Assembly (NCBI GenBank): GCA_964035545.1
Contig: OZ037771.1
Coordinates: 14,569,133 to 14,633,132 of the forward strand
Length of the DNA stretch: 64,000 nt
Origin: Bugula neritina
Lineage: Eukaryota > Animalia > Bryozoa
Direction of reading: 5' to 3'
Of the stretch, positions 62,151-64,000 are shown piece by piece; within the stretch, counting starts at the first letter, position 1; every line of letters begins with the position of its first letter. A model generated the notes under the pieces. That model was given only the letters and a program-made list of their open reading frames with translations. It had not been told where the DNA came from and made no database searches. Made by a program: the position numbers and the translations under genes.

Positions 62151-64000
62151 ATGAACTACTGGTGTATTCTGTCTACAGCTGTAAGCATTTCATTTTTACG
62201 TCAATTTATTATTTGCTCTAAAGCATGGTAATGTAATTATATTTAATTAAATGTATGCACTTATTAGTTATTTCTCTTTTCAGATTGTGTTCGGATTTTT
62301 CAAAGTTGGAAAAAGCAGTGATCATCTCCCTCTCAAGTAAACTAACTATAATTAATAAGTCACATTAAAATATAGTTTTTAGCGCTCGGTGTTTTCAAAG
62401 TTGAGAACTTTCTAGACTTACAGATTTTATTGTCATGTATGATAAAAGCATAGTAACTAAATCAGAGTTTTTATATCTTGTTAGAGACATAACTTAATTG
62501 AAAGCACAGCTAAGGTTGTAACAGCTTGTAAAAGGGAAACATTATTCATCAGATGGCTTAATGCGTTATATGCCTGCCACAATCTTTACAACTTGCAGCT
62601 TACTTATAATACTTTGGCTTTATCCCACTTAAACATTTCCCACTTAGACAATTTTTTTAATTTGGTACACTATATAATATAGTAATATACAAATATAACT
62701 GTTGCATTTACTGCTAAGCATGAAATGAGCTACTGAGCCAGCCATTTGCTTTAAGCTTAGGGCCACACGGTGCGTATTTTCGCATGTGAAAATTGAAATC
62801 ACTAAGTAGCAAAGGTGTCCCTAGGTGGCCCTAGGCTAACTCAATACTAATTTAGCTATATTTTATTTTATTCAGAATAACAGAATAAAATGCACAAATG
62901 CATTTTATGGTATATTACATATACTGCTATATTACAACCTTTTCTTATTTTATTTTGTCTATCTTTTAGCCTACCTTTAAGTTAAAGGTTTGTGCAAGAT
63001 ATATGGCTTCTTATAGAAGCGTTGTTACTGTAAGTGGCTTGCTGGTGGCTTCTTTGCTTGCTATTATGTGCTAAATGATAGCATTAAATACATATATTAC
63101 AATAAAATTTATAAATATTGTCCAAGTGGGAACAGTTCATGTGGAAAAAATGTTTGAATGAGATGACACCAGTATTTTTGTAAAGCTACTCTAATTTTAG
63201 AGCTTCCTACAATGGCTTTCAGCTGTTTCTCAACACATCTGGCACGGCAGTCTACCAAATGCAGCAAGATGACTATAAAAGTGACAAATATATTTTAATC
63301 GGTACTTCCGAAGGGATCAAAACAACAAATGGAGAAACTACTGAAGTTCTTGTTCCACTCTTGCAGGTTAGAAGTTTCACTCAAGTTAACGGAACTCAGG
63401 TGGTGTTTGTAGACTACGGAAATCATTGCGTTAAAATTTTAAACAGACAGAACAATAGCGTGAAGGTTTGCGCCGGTGTGTGCGGAAGCTTTGAGGAGAA
63501 AATGTATGAAGATGGTTTCTTTCATCCCTTTGCATTAGAAAAAGACATCAGAAATCCAGGACAAGTTTTAGTGACAGACTTTAAGACACAATCTATAAAA
63601 ACTGTGAATCTGAATACAGGAAAAGTTGAGTTACTCATTAGGTATGATTTCCGGAATCCAATTAGCCTCCAATGGTTTAATGAAACACTGCTGGTAACCA
63701 GCTATTATGACTTGATCACCCAGATTAGCTGGAATAGTAATGGAACTGTGAGTGCGCATGTTTTGACTGGCACTAGGAATGTGTTTGGGGACCGGCTAGG
63801 CACATTCGATGAAGCAAATTCATCAACTATTTATGACATTAAAAAGTATCAAAACGGAATATATCTTATGGCTGATTCGAGAAACAGGAAACTAAAACTA
63901 GTGGATATGGTTGCTAGGAGAATTGGCCCTGTTTGCTTTAATAAATACTTCGCTTGCACAAGAAGCACAAAGTTTTCATCTGAACCCAGGTCTCTACTAA
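62151..64000 (+). CDS. NHL family member N9 (runs off the window; absent from the ORF track); exons 62151-62180, 62284-62336, 63201->64000
   Basis: Leader MNYWCILSTA-IVFGFFKVGKS. Open frame from 63202: ASYNGFQLFLNTSGTAVYQMQQDDY...SFTQVNGTQVVFVDYGNHCVKILNR...DIRNPGQVLVTD...RKLKLVDMVARRIGPVCFNKYFAC. Confidence 0.85.

Overview
AT-rich, intron-containing metazoan (invertebrate-type) DNA; no prokaryotic features. All exon boundaries were read by eye from GT-AG sites and checked for frame continuity. 0.8-14.6 kb holds conserved genes: the 3' end of a CFAP97D-family gene, two tandem TMEM254 paralogs from a local duplication (one copy interrupted upstream by a decayed LINE), and PDZD11. 16.7-64 kb is a tandem array of a family I cannot assign to a named gene. 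It encodes secreted, N-glycosylated NHL beta-propeller proteins: nine members (N1-N9), two pseudogene remnants and an orphan terminal exon. All share one exon plan: a signal peptide split over two small exons, an 854-857 nt propeller exon, an optional HYR-like exon, and a three-exon Cys-stapled C-terminal module with no transmembrane segment. The array shows exon loss and gain, a nonsense allele, gene-conversion mosaics, an inversion, and long microsatellites near several rearrangement points. This is the pattern of a rapidly diversifying extracellular recognition or defence family (function is inference). An unrelated 672-aa orphan gene with an internally duplicated CxxC...CxxC module lies inside the array on the opposite strand.
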